Below, one piece after another: positions 13,501 through 25,361 of a stretch of 64,000 nt of DNA. The translations under genes and the position numbers were made by a program. Numbering within the stretch: position 1 is the stretch's first letter; every line of letters starts with the position of its first letter. This DNA is from Eledone cirrhosa (taxonomy: Eukaryota). The notes below the pieces were generated by a model. That model saw only the letters and a program-made list of their open reading frames with translations. It had not been told where the DNA came from and did no database searches. The stretch is taken from contig OZ024742.1 in the NCBI GenBank assembly GCA_964016885.1, positions 308,016,001 to 308,080,000 of the forward strand. Reading direction: 5' to 3'.

Positions 13501-13546
13501 ATTGTTTTGGTGTGTTGTTAATTTGTTTGTTTGTTAATGGCAGCAA
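10526..13546 (-). CDS. LINE ORF2: APE endonuclease plus reverse transcriptase (no in-frame AUG before the EN domain)
   Basis: EN motifs LNAQG, LTETHL, LYRPP, MGDFN, SDHD. RT motifs NYRPISLTS, YLDFSKAFD, SGVPQGTVLGP, FADD. CR1-type YSLQRRRERY. Confidence 0.93.
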   Translation of the reverse strand: MLPLTNKQINNTPKQLKPSTLASTFLLNAQGISPSTNTQKWKIKFLEDWIDVHPNHIPFFVLTETHLSNLHLEAEVKVKNFKAIRADRAGRRKGGTAIYVHNSFSTEAMNIFTNGYCEAVTVFSQTNNLLVVGLYRPPQTPVPCFKECLNSIKCFIQECHPDNILMMGDFNLPGVDWSTNTLPPGSSASTSDREAVESLLDFMDDFFLSQLVLEPTRCHKNVLDLIFSNHTDNIHNIAVEKTLLSDHDMVLCDLRFHRPIYKPNVISPVHPFDAMDFHNANWEAISHDLAHVDWSFTHTHTPTNIKKSWQTFVDTVTNICAKHTPLRTINKSKSRIPRNRKTLIRKIKRTNKKINNLKYCQQQHINLTAISSLEIKKHNLQNNIMSLINNQRRAEEAWAIEKIKLNPKVFFSFAKKHKITGSTVGPLIDENGTLQDNAKTMGEILQKQYCSVFSNPDMADLGCIGDVTPHYTLSDITFGAPDVLAAIKEIKHNSAVGPDRFPACVLKACQHQLASPLANLWRNSLDAGYVPENLLSQSVVPVFKKGNKSLAVNYRPISLTSHIIKVFERVVRSRMTHFLESNNMLNSNQHGFRNGRDCLTQLLHHFDDILRALGEGSNTDVIYLDFSKAFDRVDHNILLRKLSNIGVTGKLLQWIKSFLSNRTQHVVVEGVKSNPAKVSSGVPQGTVLGPLLFIIYINDITDIIKHSNIKIFADDSKLQKVINGVDDRISLQSDLLAVTQWAEKNNMLLNEDKFELIHFGKEDALKLPYSLPSGETLVASNNIRDLGVTVDSNISWTTHISSKVDMARRMCSWILRTFQSRDSRTIILIFSTFARPHLEYCCPLWSPHTKQSIMKLEAPQRAITKKIDGMSDLDYWGRLENLKLYSLQRRRERYIICMMWKMFHHHCPNDVGIAFKIHPRLGPRAIRPIQKSKSQLITTIRHNYFTSIGPALFNITPGHVKTETDHTKFKKSLDKFLQVIPDKPPTPGYVSANSNSLLEWAMVPKS

Positions 13547-14712
13547 TGGGAGTTTGTGCAGTGGGGTGATAGTGGAGGGTGGTGCTGGGTGATAGCTCGA
13601 ATGTTTTTTTCCAGTTCTTTTGCCAGATTCATTATGGCTAAAAAAGAGGAAGAAGTTTCCTGTTTAGAAGACTGTTGGTGACTGTGGTAGTGGTTATTTT
13701 TATGTAGGTTATGGTTTTTGTTTTTGCTTTTATTTTCATTTATCCGACGGGTCCCCGGGAGATGGGTAAAGGGACAATCCCGGTCTAAACACAATCTGTC
13801 TCGCAGGGAAAAACGGCAGATTTGTGGATTCCTTGTTTGAGTTATTGGTGGTTGTGTTGGTGTTAAATTAGAGTATGTATTATGGTGGTGGCTGTTTGTG
13901 GGGATAGATCGTTTTGTCCTAGGTAAATGGGTGAATTTGCAGCCACTATCCGTACATATTCTATAGCGTAGAGAGTAGCGGCAAATGATGGGGTTTCGAG
14001 TGGGTGGGTATATGGGTGTGGGTGTTGTGAGAGGTGTAGATGATGGTTTGGGTAGGATTTGACGACCTTTGTGGACTGTGGGAGGGAGAGTTCTTGTTCT
14101 GGTATTAGAAGGTAAATTCCTTGACATAGCAGTAGACAAAAATGTTGTAGTAGTAGTAGTAGTAGTAGGCAGAGATGTTGGCAGTGGTGATGATTGGACT
14201 GCTGGGCCAGAGAAAGGATGTGGCGTTTCATGCTGTGAGACAGAGGCTACTGGGGGGTCAATAGTTTCATTTAGTAGATCGGCTATTGTTGATGAATCAA
14301 GGAGTGGTTCACACTGTTGTTGTTGCTGTTGTTGATGTTGTTGTTGTAGCTGTTGTTGATGTTGTTGTTGTAGCTGTTGTTGTTGTTGCTGTTGTAGCTG
14401 CTGTTGATGTTGTTGTTGCTGTTGTAGCTGCTGTTGTTGTTGTTGCTGCTGCTGGACAGCATTCGAAGAGAAAACACACCGTAGTTTATCCAAATGTTTA
14501 TTGATTAATTTAAAAGCAATTTCGATTTGCTTTAATTTATTTTGAATCTGTTGTTCAGATCGAGTTTTCAAAAATTGAACTGTACGTTTAGCAATGTCGT
14601 TCAGAGATGAAGCATCTATATCTTCTGTTTGGGAAAGGCAATGCCATGTGTTTATTAGAATGTCGATTTCATTATCAGACCAGTTCTGTTTGGATTTTTG
14701 CTGGTTAGCCAT
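13534..14712 (-). CDS. LINE ORF1: Myb/SANT-like N-terminus, polyQ, two CCCH zinc fingers
   Basis: 392-aa ORF directly upstream of ORF2. WSDNEIDILINTW..RSEQQIQNKLK, then CRYSLRYRICTDSGCKFTH and CRFSLRDRLCLDRDCPFTH. Confidence 0.85.
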   Translation of the reverse strand: MANQQKSKQNWSDNEIDILINTWHCLSQTEDIDASSLNDIAKRTVQFLKTRSEQQIQNKLKQIEIAFKLINKHLDKLRCVFSSNAVQQQQQQQQQLQQQQQHQQQLQQQQQQQLQQQHQQQLQQQHQQQQQQQCEPLLDSSTIADLLNETIDPPVASVSQHETPHPFSGPAVQSSPLPTSLPTTTTTTTTFLSTAMSRNLPSNTRTRTLPPTVHKGRQILPKPSSTPLTTPTPIYPPTRNPIICRYSLRYRICTDSGCKFTHLPRTKRSIPTNSHHHNTYSNLTPTQPPITQTRNPQICRFSLRDRLCLDRDCPFTHLPGTRRINENKSKNKNHNLHKNNHYHSHQQSSKQETSSSFLAIMNLAKELEKNIRAITQHHPPLSPHCTNSHCCH

Positions 14713-14723
14713 TCTAGTTTTGA

Positions 14724-15336
14724 GTGTGTGTGTGTTTTAGTTAAGTATTTCAATATATATATATTTTTTTTTTAAATTTATTTTTGATTTATTTTTGTTT
14801 TTTGTTTTTCTTGTGTGTGAGTGAGAAGCGTATATATATAAATATGAGTATATATATATATGTATATTCTGGTTATTTGAAATTAATTAAGTTAATGAAA
14901 AGACGAAAGTATATAATAATAATTTGTAGTTAAAGGAAAATGTACTCACAAGTTCGTGTGTGTGTGTTTTAGTTAAGTATTTCAATATATATATTTTTTT
15001 TTTAAATTTATTTTTGTTTTTTGTTTTTCTTGTGTGTGAGTGAGAAGCGTATATATATAAATATGAGTATATATATATATATATATGTATATTCTGGTTA
15101 TTTGAAATTAATGAAAAGACGAAAGTATATAATAATAATTTGTAGTTAAAGGAAAATGTACTCACAAGTTCGAAAACACGTGGTTTCAAATATATAATAA
15201 TATAGATGTATGAAAAATGTATTAACCGGTCAATTTTCAAATATATAATAATATAGATGTATGAAAAATGTATTAACCGGTCAATTTTCAAATATATAAT
15301 AATATAGATGTATGAAAATGTATTAACCGGTCAATT
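14724..15336. repeat. Tandem repeats in the LINE 5' UTR (2 x about 220 bp, 3 x about 53 bp)
   Basis: Units ending gaaaatgtactcacaagttcg at about 14956 and 15171. Three copies of caaatatataataatatagatgtatgaaaaatgtattaaccggtcaatttt. Confidence 0.9.
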
Positions 15337-15414
15337 TTTGTTTGTTTGGTTTTGTCTTGTGGTTTTGTTTTGTGGCTGTGTGACTTGCTGCTTACTCGGG
15401 GAGAGAAGTAAAAA

Positions 15415-15444
15415 CACGTCCTTATACTTCAACTGCTCAACTGC
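15415..15444 (-). promoter_or_regulatory. Possible internal promoter (Inr-like GCAGTT, DPE-like GGACGTG)
   Basis: Element 5' end reads gcagttgagcagttgaagtataaggacgtg. Spacing is a few nt shorter than canonical Inr-DPE. Confidence 0.35.
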
Positions 15445-15496
15445 TATATATATATATATGTATATATATGTATACACACATATATATATATATATA

Positions 15497-15643
<147 letters not shown>

Positions 15644-15909
15644 GTATACACACACATATATATATATATATATTCATATATATATACAATTAAGTTAAAG
15701 ATGTACATCCATATATGTATACTGAAATACTAGTATGTATATGAATACACACACGTATACATATGTAGATGTACCAAGTTTTTTCACTGGTCACTTTACT
15801 GTGAGTGGCCAGCTATTCTGTATGTAAACACACAGACAAACCGGTTTTTAGAGTCATACTGGTTTTTGAGGAAACACCTTTCCTCTATTCTTCAGAAAGC
15901 CAGACAAGG

Positions 15910-15954
15910 AATATTGAACTAGTTTCGTTGTTGTTACAACTCATCAGCAATATT
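15910..15954 (-). ncRNA. Minimal type-I hammerhead ribozyme
   Basis: AATATTG-CTGATGA-GTTGT-aaca-ACAAC-GAAA-CTAG-TT-CAATATT: 7-bp stem I, 5-bp stem II, palindromic stem III, GUU site. Confidence 0.9.
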
Positions 15955-16151
15955 TACCTATCTTCCGGCCTCTCTAGAGAATCGTAAAAGCACATATCGT
16001 TATATGCTTTTTCTATGAAAATTAGTAGTGGGCAGACTAATTTGCATAGAGTGTGAGTAAGTACCGGTTCAACGGAGACGATAAAAACAAGCGTCAGTCA
16101 TACAAAAGTGAGTTACAAACGAAACGAAGTTTAATTTCGTTTCGTTATTTG

Positions 16152-16232
<81 letters not shown>

Positions 16233-16239
16233 ATTTTAA

Positions 16240-16432
16240 TGGTGGATTGGCAGTATCAGTAGAGGGTCTAACGCCATGCTTTGCACCAAAGAGTTATGGC
16301 TCTTTATGGTCTGAGTTCAAATCCCGCCGAGGTCAACTTTACCTTTCATCCTTACGGGGTCGATAAAATAAAGTACCAGTAATGCACTGGACTAATTGCT
16401 GGCCTTGTGACAAAAAGTAGAAACAATTATTA
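16240..16432 (+). mobile_element. tRNA-derived SINE
   Basis: tggcagtatcagtagag..gagttcaaatcccg, same body as the other copies, (ATT)n tail. Confidence 0.9.
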
Positions 16433-16549
16433 TTAAGGCTAAATAATGAGTCTTTCTCTGGAGTTTCGCCTGTTTATCACAGAATTAATGACCCTGTGAT
16501 AAATAGGCGACACTCGTCAGTAACAGGACTCATTAATTAGCCTTAATAA
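16430..16549. mobile_element. 120-bp fold-back MITE-like element
   Basis: Outer inverted repeat ttattaaggctaaataatgagtc / gactcattaattagccttaataa, inner gagtttcgcctgtttatcacag / ctgtgataaataggcgacactc. Confidence 0.65.
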
Positions 16550-16647
16550 AATAAATATTACAATTGTACTTTGGTAATGGACACTCCTTTCTCTCAGCCG
16601 TCTACCTCACGCGGATATATATACGTTTTTTTGCAACATTCATGATG

Positions 16648-16693
16648 TAAAATCGTGTGTTGAAACAGATATGTTATTACTTTGGGAGGGTCA
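16648..16693 (-). mobile_element. Diverged fragment of a PLE family B relative (ORF start/pLTR)
   Basis: aaatcgtgtgttgaaacagatatgttattactttgggagggtca resembles 48005-48048. Confidence 0.6.
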
Positions 16694-16813
16694 GGCAGCC
16701 AATAAAATCCCACGCACCAGCTGCATTTCACTTTTATATTATTACTAGTTAGGCAACCACTCCACTCCTTGGGTAGCTATGTAACCGAATGCGTATCTGT
16801 CATGTTTGATTTG

Positions 16814-16862
<49 letters not shown>

Positions 16863-17007
16863 TGTGTGTGTGTGTCTGTGTGTGAGAGAGAGAGAGAGTA
16901 TGAGTGTGTGCGTTTTTATGTGTGTGTTTGTGTATAAAAGAGGAGACTATTGTCCGTCAATGTTATTTAACTCGATTTTCTAAACCATTATTCATTTAAA
17001 ATTGCCT

Positions 17008-17062
<55 letters not shown>

Positions 17063-17065
<3 letters not shown>

Positions 17066-20000
17066 AGAGTATTGAAGTTTGCTTGAAGCATTGTGGAATA
17101 ATAAGTAAATATATTTAAGTCGTTTGGAAGCCTCGACAATGCAAATGGGTAAATCTCCAGGTAATAAGATCCGGTGGTGGAGAGAGAGATGTAAGTGGGT
17201 GTACGTTGAGATGCGTGGCGTGTATAAGACGTGTAGAAGAATGAAGGAAAGAGTATAAAGGATAAAATTAAAATAACAACACGAGAGAGAGTTACCTTGG
17301 GAGAGATTTAATTGTCCCTATGTATTTTGGATTCACATCCATCAACTTGGTTTTTTTCCGGGTGGGGGAAAGGTTGTCTGTCGGAAAGGTGCGAAACGTG
17401 TCCTCCGCTGTTTGTTGTTTTGAATATCTGAGGTATTCAGCAGAGAGCGCGTGCGCGTGAAATGGGGTCGGTAGGGCAGAGGTCAGCGGCCGAATGAGGG
17501 AGTGGGGTGGCGCTAGCTGTCAGTACATTCTCTGCCTGTTTGTTAAATGTTACTGTGTGTGTGTGCGTGTGTTGTTGTCTCGCTTGAGTGTGTGTGTGCG
17601 TGTGCGTGTGTTGTTGCCTTGTTCCTCTGTATTGGCAGTGTGGTATGTTCGTATGGTGGAATGCTACTGTGTGTGTGTGCGTGTGCGTGTGTAGTTGTCT
17701 CGTTTGTGTATGTGTGTTTGTGCGTGTAATGCTGCATCGTTTGTTAACTTAAACCAGCCATCTCATTTCGCTTCTCTCGGATCGATTGTTTATTTGCGGT
17801 TGCAGACGTTTGATAAAAAGCGCTTCCTTGATACGTAACGTGCCGACGTTTCTTTCAGTCGCTAGAATTGTGACAATGGGCCTTCCGTCTTTGTTTCCGC
17901 ATTTGTCTATGTGTTTCCGGAAAGACGAGGCCCTGGTTTTAGTGTGTTCCTTGATCCGGATGTGCAAAGGTCGGATTGTGCTACCTATGTAGTATTGGTT
18001 GCACCTGTCACATTCTATCTTATACACGGCGTATGTGCGTAGGCAACAGTTCGCATGGCGTATCGGGCAGTCTCTGAGGGAGCATGCGTCAGTAGATTTC
18101 CCGGGTTCCCTGAGAGGCATCTTCGCAGGGAGGGGCCCGAGTGGGCCAGGTGGATGTCGAGGCCCTCCCTCCGTATAGCCTTGCGGATAGCGTTGGTGGT
18201 TCTCGCCCAGGTGTGGCATTTTAAGGAAGCACTTGCCTTGGGTGCCTCTCTGTCTCTTGTGTCTGGTGTCTCCTATTCTGTCTGTGAGCGAGGTAGGGTA
18301 CCCGTTCTTCTCCAGCACCTCGAGGAATCGCTTGGTATGAGTGACACCACTCGCGGGATCGCTGCATCTGTTTTTGATTCGCGCGATCTCGTTCGTCATG
18401 TATCCTCTTTTTGCACTGTTAGGGAGGGCGGACTTGTAGTGAACGAACAGGTCCCTGCAGGCTGCCTTTCGGTAGAAGTTGCAGTGGATCCTTCCATATT
18501 CCGTGATGTTAATTCGGAAGTCGAGGAGGGCAAGTGACCCGTCTTCGTTGGGGTGTTCAACACTGAAGTCGATGTTCTCGTCCGTGTTGTTGAACGTCTC
18601 ATAGATTCTGTTCGCCGTGTCTTGGGAAGATGTGAGGATGGGGAAATCGCCCACGTACCTTGAGAAAAAGGCTACGGCGTTGGGGTGGCAGGCGTTGAGT
18701 GCCTTGCGATCGAGGTTGTCCATGTAAGAGATTGCTAGCACACCTGACAGGCTTGATCCCATGGGCAATCCCGAGGTTTGTTGGTATGTTTGATCAAGGA
18801 ATACGAAGTAAGTGTTGTCGACGACGATGGATAGGAGTTGGTGGATGTCAGTGGTGGTGAGCCCGAAGCAGTGTAGGTCGGTGGATTAGACGCGTTCCAT
18901 AAGTATATTGACGGCCGGGAGTGTAGAGAGCGACTACATCAAGGCTGAAGGCATATCTGTTATTCCTTCTGGTGTCGGGATCCATTTGATGCAGGCGCTT
19001 CAACACCTCCTCGGAGCTGTTAACGTGTCCCGGCAAGGTGTCTAAGATGGGTTTGAGTATTCTGGCTAGGAGCCATGAAATTTTGTAGAGTGGTCCCTCC
19101 ACGCTCCATACGATGGGCCTGATCTTCAGGTCGGGTCCCTGTTTGTGTGTTTTCACGAGGTGGTAGAAGGCGGGTAGTCTGCTGTTCCTCGTGAGGAGGT
19201 TGTATCTCAGCTTCTTCGGGAGCTTCCGCCGGTCGCAGATGTTGGTCCAGGCGGCGTTGATGTGCTCTTCTATCTGCGCGGGAGTGATTCCCGTGACCTT
19301 GGAGTAGAGGTTGTCATCGTCAAGGTGTTGGAGGGCCAGGGTGTTGTAGGCCTCTCTGCTGATGACGCAGAATTCTTTTCCCTTGTCAGAGGGGAGATAG
19401 ATGAGGTTCTTCGATTTTAGGTTGGAGAGAGTGGTGAGTTGAGATTTGGTGAGGTTATGTGTTGTGCGTGTGTGTGTGTGTTTGTGAAGTATATCTGAGA
19501 TGGAGTTTAGTGTCGAGTTCGTGGTTGGTGGGTGGGGGGTGGAGTGGGTTGTCGGGGTGGTAAGTGGGGAACTTGGGGTGGGTTGCGTGGGCGCTGTTAT
19601 TTTCTGTGGCGCTGTTGATGGCGGTCACCCATTTAAGTTGGTAAGCGGCTCGACAAAAGTTGGCCTCGATGTTAAGTTTGAGTCTGTCGTCGAGACGTTG
19701 TGAGACGATGAACTTTGGTCCGAGGTGTAGGAGTTTCAGCTCGTCGCTCGTGAGAGTGCCTGTTAGGTCGGTGACCAGGTGCGTCGCATCGTTGAGGTAT
19801 GGCTCGGTGTTGGTGGATGCGGCGGTGGCGGTTGTTAAGTTGTTGTTTTCCACGTGGTTCTGGTTCGTCTGTTCGTTAGTGTCGATGTTCTCGTTGTGGC
19901 GTTTCGACAAGATCCACTCATATTTTCGCTTGAGCCGTTTTTTCTCGCATTGGACTCTGGAGTGGTAGCACTGGTCGATTGCTTTAGTGATTTTCAGGAG

Positions 20001-20835
20001 CAAATCCCCGGGTGCTATTGGCAGTCGATCTGTCCGCTCTGAGAGTGTCCGCTTATGGACGGAAGGCCCATTGTCACAATTCTAGCGACTGAAAGAAACG
20101 TCGACACGTTACGTATCAAGGAAGCGCTTTTTATCAAACGCCTGCAACCGCAAATAAACAATCGATCCGAGAGAAGCGAAATGAGATGGCTGGTTTAAGT
20201 TAACAAACGATGCAGCAACACACGCACACACACACACACACAAACGAGACAACTACACACGCACACGCACACACACACAGTAGCATTCCACCATACGAAC
20301 ATACTACACTGCCAATACAGAGGAACAAGGCAACAACACACGCACACGCACACACACTCAAGCGAGACAGCAACACACGCACACACACACACAGTAAAAT
20401 TTAACAAACAAGCAGAGAATGTACTGACAGCTAGCGCACCCCACTCCCTCATTCGGCCGCTGACCTCTGCCCTACCGACCCTATTTCACGCGCACGCGCG
20501 CTCTGCTGAATACCTCAGATATTCAAAACAACAAACAGCGGAGGACGCGTTTCGCACCTTTCCGACAAACAACCTTTCCCCCACCCCGGAAAAAACCCCA
20601 GTTGATGGATGTGAATCCGAAATATATAGGGACAATTAAATCTCTCCCAAGGTAACTCTATCTCGTGTTGTTATTTTAATTTTATCCTTTATACTCTTTC
20701 CTTCATTCTTCTACACATCTCATACACACCACGCATCTCAACGTACACCCACTTACATCTCTCTCTCCACCACCGGATCTTGTTACTCGGAGATTTACCC
20801 ATTTGCATTGTCGAGGCTTCCAAACGACTTAAAGA
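17063..20835 (-). mobile_element. PLE family C, 5'-truncated with an inverted copy of its 3' end
   Basis: 20058-20833 is the reverse complement of about 17112-17889. Both outer ends abut (TA)n. Confidence 0.88.
17749..20057 (-). pseudogene. PLE RT-GIY-YIG, frameshifted
   Basis: LHLGPKF, PSDKGKEF, RPIV, SLDVVALYT, PMGSSLSG, RYVGD (catalytic Asp lost), AVYKIEC..YYIGST..RIKEH. Confidence 0.88.
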
Positions 20836-20842
20836 TATTTAC

Positions 20843-20882
<40 letters not shown>

Positions 20883-20969
20883 ATTTGTATGTGTGTGTGT
20901 GTGTGTGTATTTGTTTGTATGTGTGTGTGTGTGTGTGAATCTTTGTATGTGTGTGTGTGTGTGTGTATC

Positions 20970-21004
<35 letters not shown>

Positions 21005-21189
21005 CTGTGTATTTGTATATGTGTGTGTGTGGGTGTATATATATTCCAGTTGACAATCAAACAATCACTTAACGTTCGCATATACATACAAAGATATACG
21101 TCACCAAACATGGCAACATATAACATGCATCTGTCTTACATTGCCAGAGTATCCTTAAATACTGCTTATTCATATTCCCACCACAATAA

Positions 21190-21900
21190 GTAGATTAATA
21201 TAGTTCAATCTTACTCTCAAATATTGAATTGGAATTAGCAAATGAAGAAAAAACTCACTAAATCTCAATATTATAAATATCATTAGTTCAGCTGAATCAA
21301 AATGCAATAAGATAGTAATATAGTTGTTTTTGTATTTTTGATATAGAGGATAAACGCCCTACACACTCATCCCTCGTAAACTAATGGAGTAATGTCATTT
21401 ATATCCAAAGAATTTCTCCGTATAACATTGGAATTTGTGAAAGAAAACACAATAAACTGTAGAATATCAGTATCATTTTGTAGCAGATCTAATTTACTAT
21501 GACTCCCACTAATTCACAAAGAATATAATTCTACAGCTAGCAGTCGATTATGGCTTGAGATAGAACGGATGTCATTGAACTGGACAACTTCTTCAAACTA
21601 GGTAATATTAACGAGCGTACACATATCTGGCTTATACAGTGATGACGGTCTATCTGATTGGCATTGATAACATTAGAAAGAAGCATAATTAAAATGCGTA
21701 ACTTCGATCTTCTTATTCAACACCAAACAAAGAAATACTGAGTGAACGAGGTGGCTTTTAAGTGGATATTCGCTCAGCTAGACATAATAACTAAATTCCT
21801 TTTAATCATATCCAGCTGGCACAAAAAAGGTGGACATGTTACAAAATGCAGATCTGTGCTATTCAACACCGTCAGGCAAAAAGCCGTTAATTCAGTAGAT
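21190..21900 (+). pseudogene. Highly decayed RT remnant resembling PLE families A/D
   Basis: ggcttatacagtgatgacggtcta (GLYSDDGL, compare GLYRDD) near 21629, and FDIE near 21338 in the expected order. Confidence 0.4.
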
Positions 21901-22099
21901 ACTGCCTTATACCTGTCTACAGCCAAGTACTACTACAGAAACCAAAGACACTTAAATATACATGAAAATACTACAATTTCAGTCACCAGTGACATTCACA
22001 AAGAATACACACACACAAACAGGCACACAAACGCTCACACACATACACAAAATCAAATGCACCAATACACACACACACACACATATTTATATATATATG

Positions 22100-23473
<1,374 letters not shown>

Positions 23474-23940
23474 GTGAGAAAGAGAGAGGGGGATGGAGAA
23501 GGAGAGAGAAAAGACAATGAATGGCGTAGTCGGACAGTGAAACAGACACATAGACAGATAAACAGAGATAGATAAAAGGAAAGAACAATGACAATAGAAC
23601 ATATTGTTTCTCTTGTGTCATGTGACAGCTGAGCCTCCTATCTATAATGTGTGTGCGTTCTGTCTGTATTTAATTTGGTGGATTGTAATAAATACTATAT
23701 ATAAGAGGTACAGAATAAACGATGGAGATTGAAGGCCATCGATTCATTTCATAGAGTGAGCGGCGATATTTTACTTAAATAAACCTTAATATAAATGGGG
23801 ACAATCGACAAGATTGTCAGAGGTGAAGACATTCCCCATGAAATTCGGAATAAACATGGCTGTGTTACACTTTATCCAAGGTCTGTAAAATTGCTCGGTC
23901 CTTATTTAACTGCACCTATACAAACAGCTTTCCACATACG

Positions 23941-24056
<116 letters not shown>

Positions 24057-24831
24057 ATCGGAGAAAGCTAATAGCGATACTCCGGTCAAATTCCAACCCA
24101 CTCAAACAAACATTAGGAAATACCTGAGTATATTCCCAATTATACGTTTGGGGAGCTAACTATATTGTATTGTGTGGATAATTGGCTGTATTATTTCATA
24201 TGAGATATATCAAATATATAATTTCGCAGACGACTCGTTTCATTATAAGATTTCTACAAGTTTTGTGAAAATATACCAAGTTATGTAGAAGCTTGTATAA
24301 GATCAACAGATACTTATTCAAGTGGGCTCCTATAAATCTTCAGTGGGTAACCCAATAATATTAATATTGATAACCAAATCAACATCAATATTTAGCGATA
24401 ATCACCATCAGTGTTTGAGGGAGCTACTAGGTTGTTAGTCCAGCAGTTCTAAAGAAAATCTCACACTGTCGCGAAATGGGAGGAAGGAGGCTACCGCCAA
24501 AAACAATACATGCGCAGGTCGTTGAATAAGAATGCAAGCCACGTGCTAAGAACTCAATTGGATATGAAAAAATATTCATATGTGTGCACCGCTAAATGAC
24601 ACATATAGATATATAATCGGGCAAAATAACAGAATGAGATACAAGAACTAACAATCAATCAATATATATATATATATATAATAAGGAGTTGACGGACCCA
24701 CCATAGTTATCAATGCCAGGACCGGTTGTATCTCAGTGAACTCAATAGATAATGTAGGATACATTCCCAGAGTATACACATAGTTATTCGCTTCAATACA
24801 ATACACTTAAAACGGGTGCCTATAATAGTTT

Positions 24832-24940
24832 CCGGACTTGAGTTTCGACCACGCTTAATGCACCAGTAAGGCACACTGCACAGTCCGTCTGCATATATTA
24901 TGCAACAATGCATAATCGGCGGATGTGGCTTCATCAGCGG
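24832..24940 (-). ncRNA. Type-I hammerhead ribozyme candidate with long stem II
   Basis: CCG-CTGATGA-aGCCAC..(about 70 nt)..GTGGTc-GAAA-CTCAAG-TC-CGG, GUC site. Confidence 0.65.
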
Positions 24941-25234
24941 GTCTCGTCTAATCAATAACCAATCGATCGACAGAATCCAAACCCCAGCCCATGCCGGATT
25001 TATATATATATGCATGTATGTAAGTTTCAGTGTGTGTGTGCATATGCCCGTTTGTATGCATGTATGTATGTGTGTGTGTGTATAGGATAATGATAGCTGT
25101 GTTGACTTTTTTCCTAAATCTGCTCGATAACTATTAACCTGGGGCTAGACAACATTCCACATCTGCGAATGTATGTATATGTATCTATATATACATGTAT
25201 ATATATATGTTTATATATATGTATATATATATAT

Positions 25235-25361
25235 AGTTTTAATATAGATGAGATTCTACAGGACTAGAACTGTTTCATTCTTTAGAAATCATCAGGAATC
25301 CTGATGATTTCTAAAGAATGAAACAGTTCTAGTCCTGTAGAATCTCATCTATATTAAAACT
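25235..25361. repeat. Perfect 127-bp palindrome (63-bp arms, 1-nt centre at 25298) made of two head-to-head hammerheads
   Basis: Arms checked base by base. Minus strand 25252-25300 reads GATTC-CTGATGA-tTTCtaaaGAAt-GAA-ACAG-ttctagtc-CTGT-A-GAATC. Confidence 0.9.

Larger units (their letters stand above)
10451..15444 (-). mobile_element. Full-length CR1-clade LINE (5' UTR, ORF1, ORF2), apparently intact
   Basis: Two long overlapping ORFs, short 3' UTR running into a (TA)nCC tail, 5' end abutting (TA)n. Confidence 0.92.

Noticed and set aside
15185-15336. Regular 53-bp repeats superficially like a CRISPR array
   Set aside because: No unique spacers. They are tandem units within a LINE 5' UTR in eukaryotic DNA.
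16455-16525. CTGACGA...GAAA on the minus strand of the MITE
   Set aside because: Arises from the element's own symmetry. No stem III/NUH/stem I.
23815-23865. GTGAAGA-ATTCC..GGAAT-AAAC, possible decayed hammerhead
   Set aside because: Both core halves deviate and stems I and III are unconvincing
24060-24650. Possible ancient PLE RT remnant (NPTQTNI)
   Set aside because: One short motif only, no catalytic motif recovered
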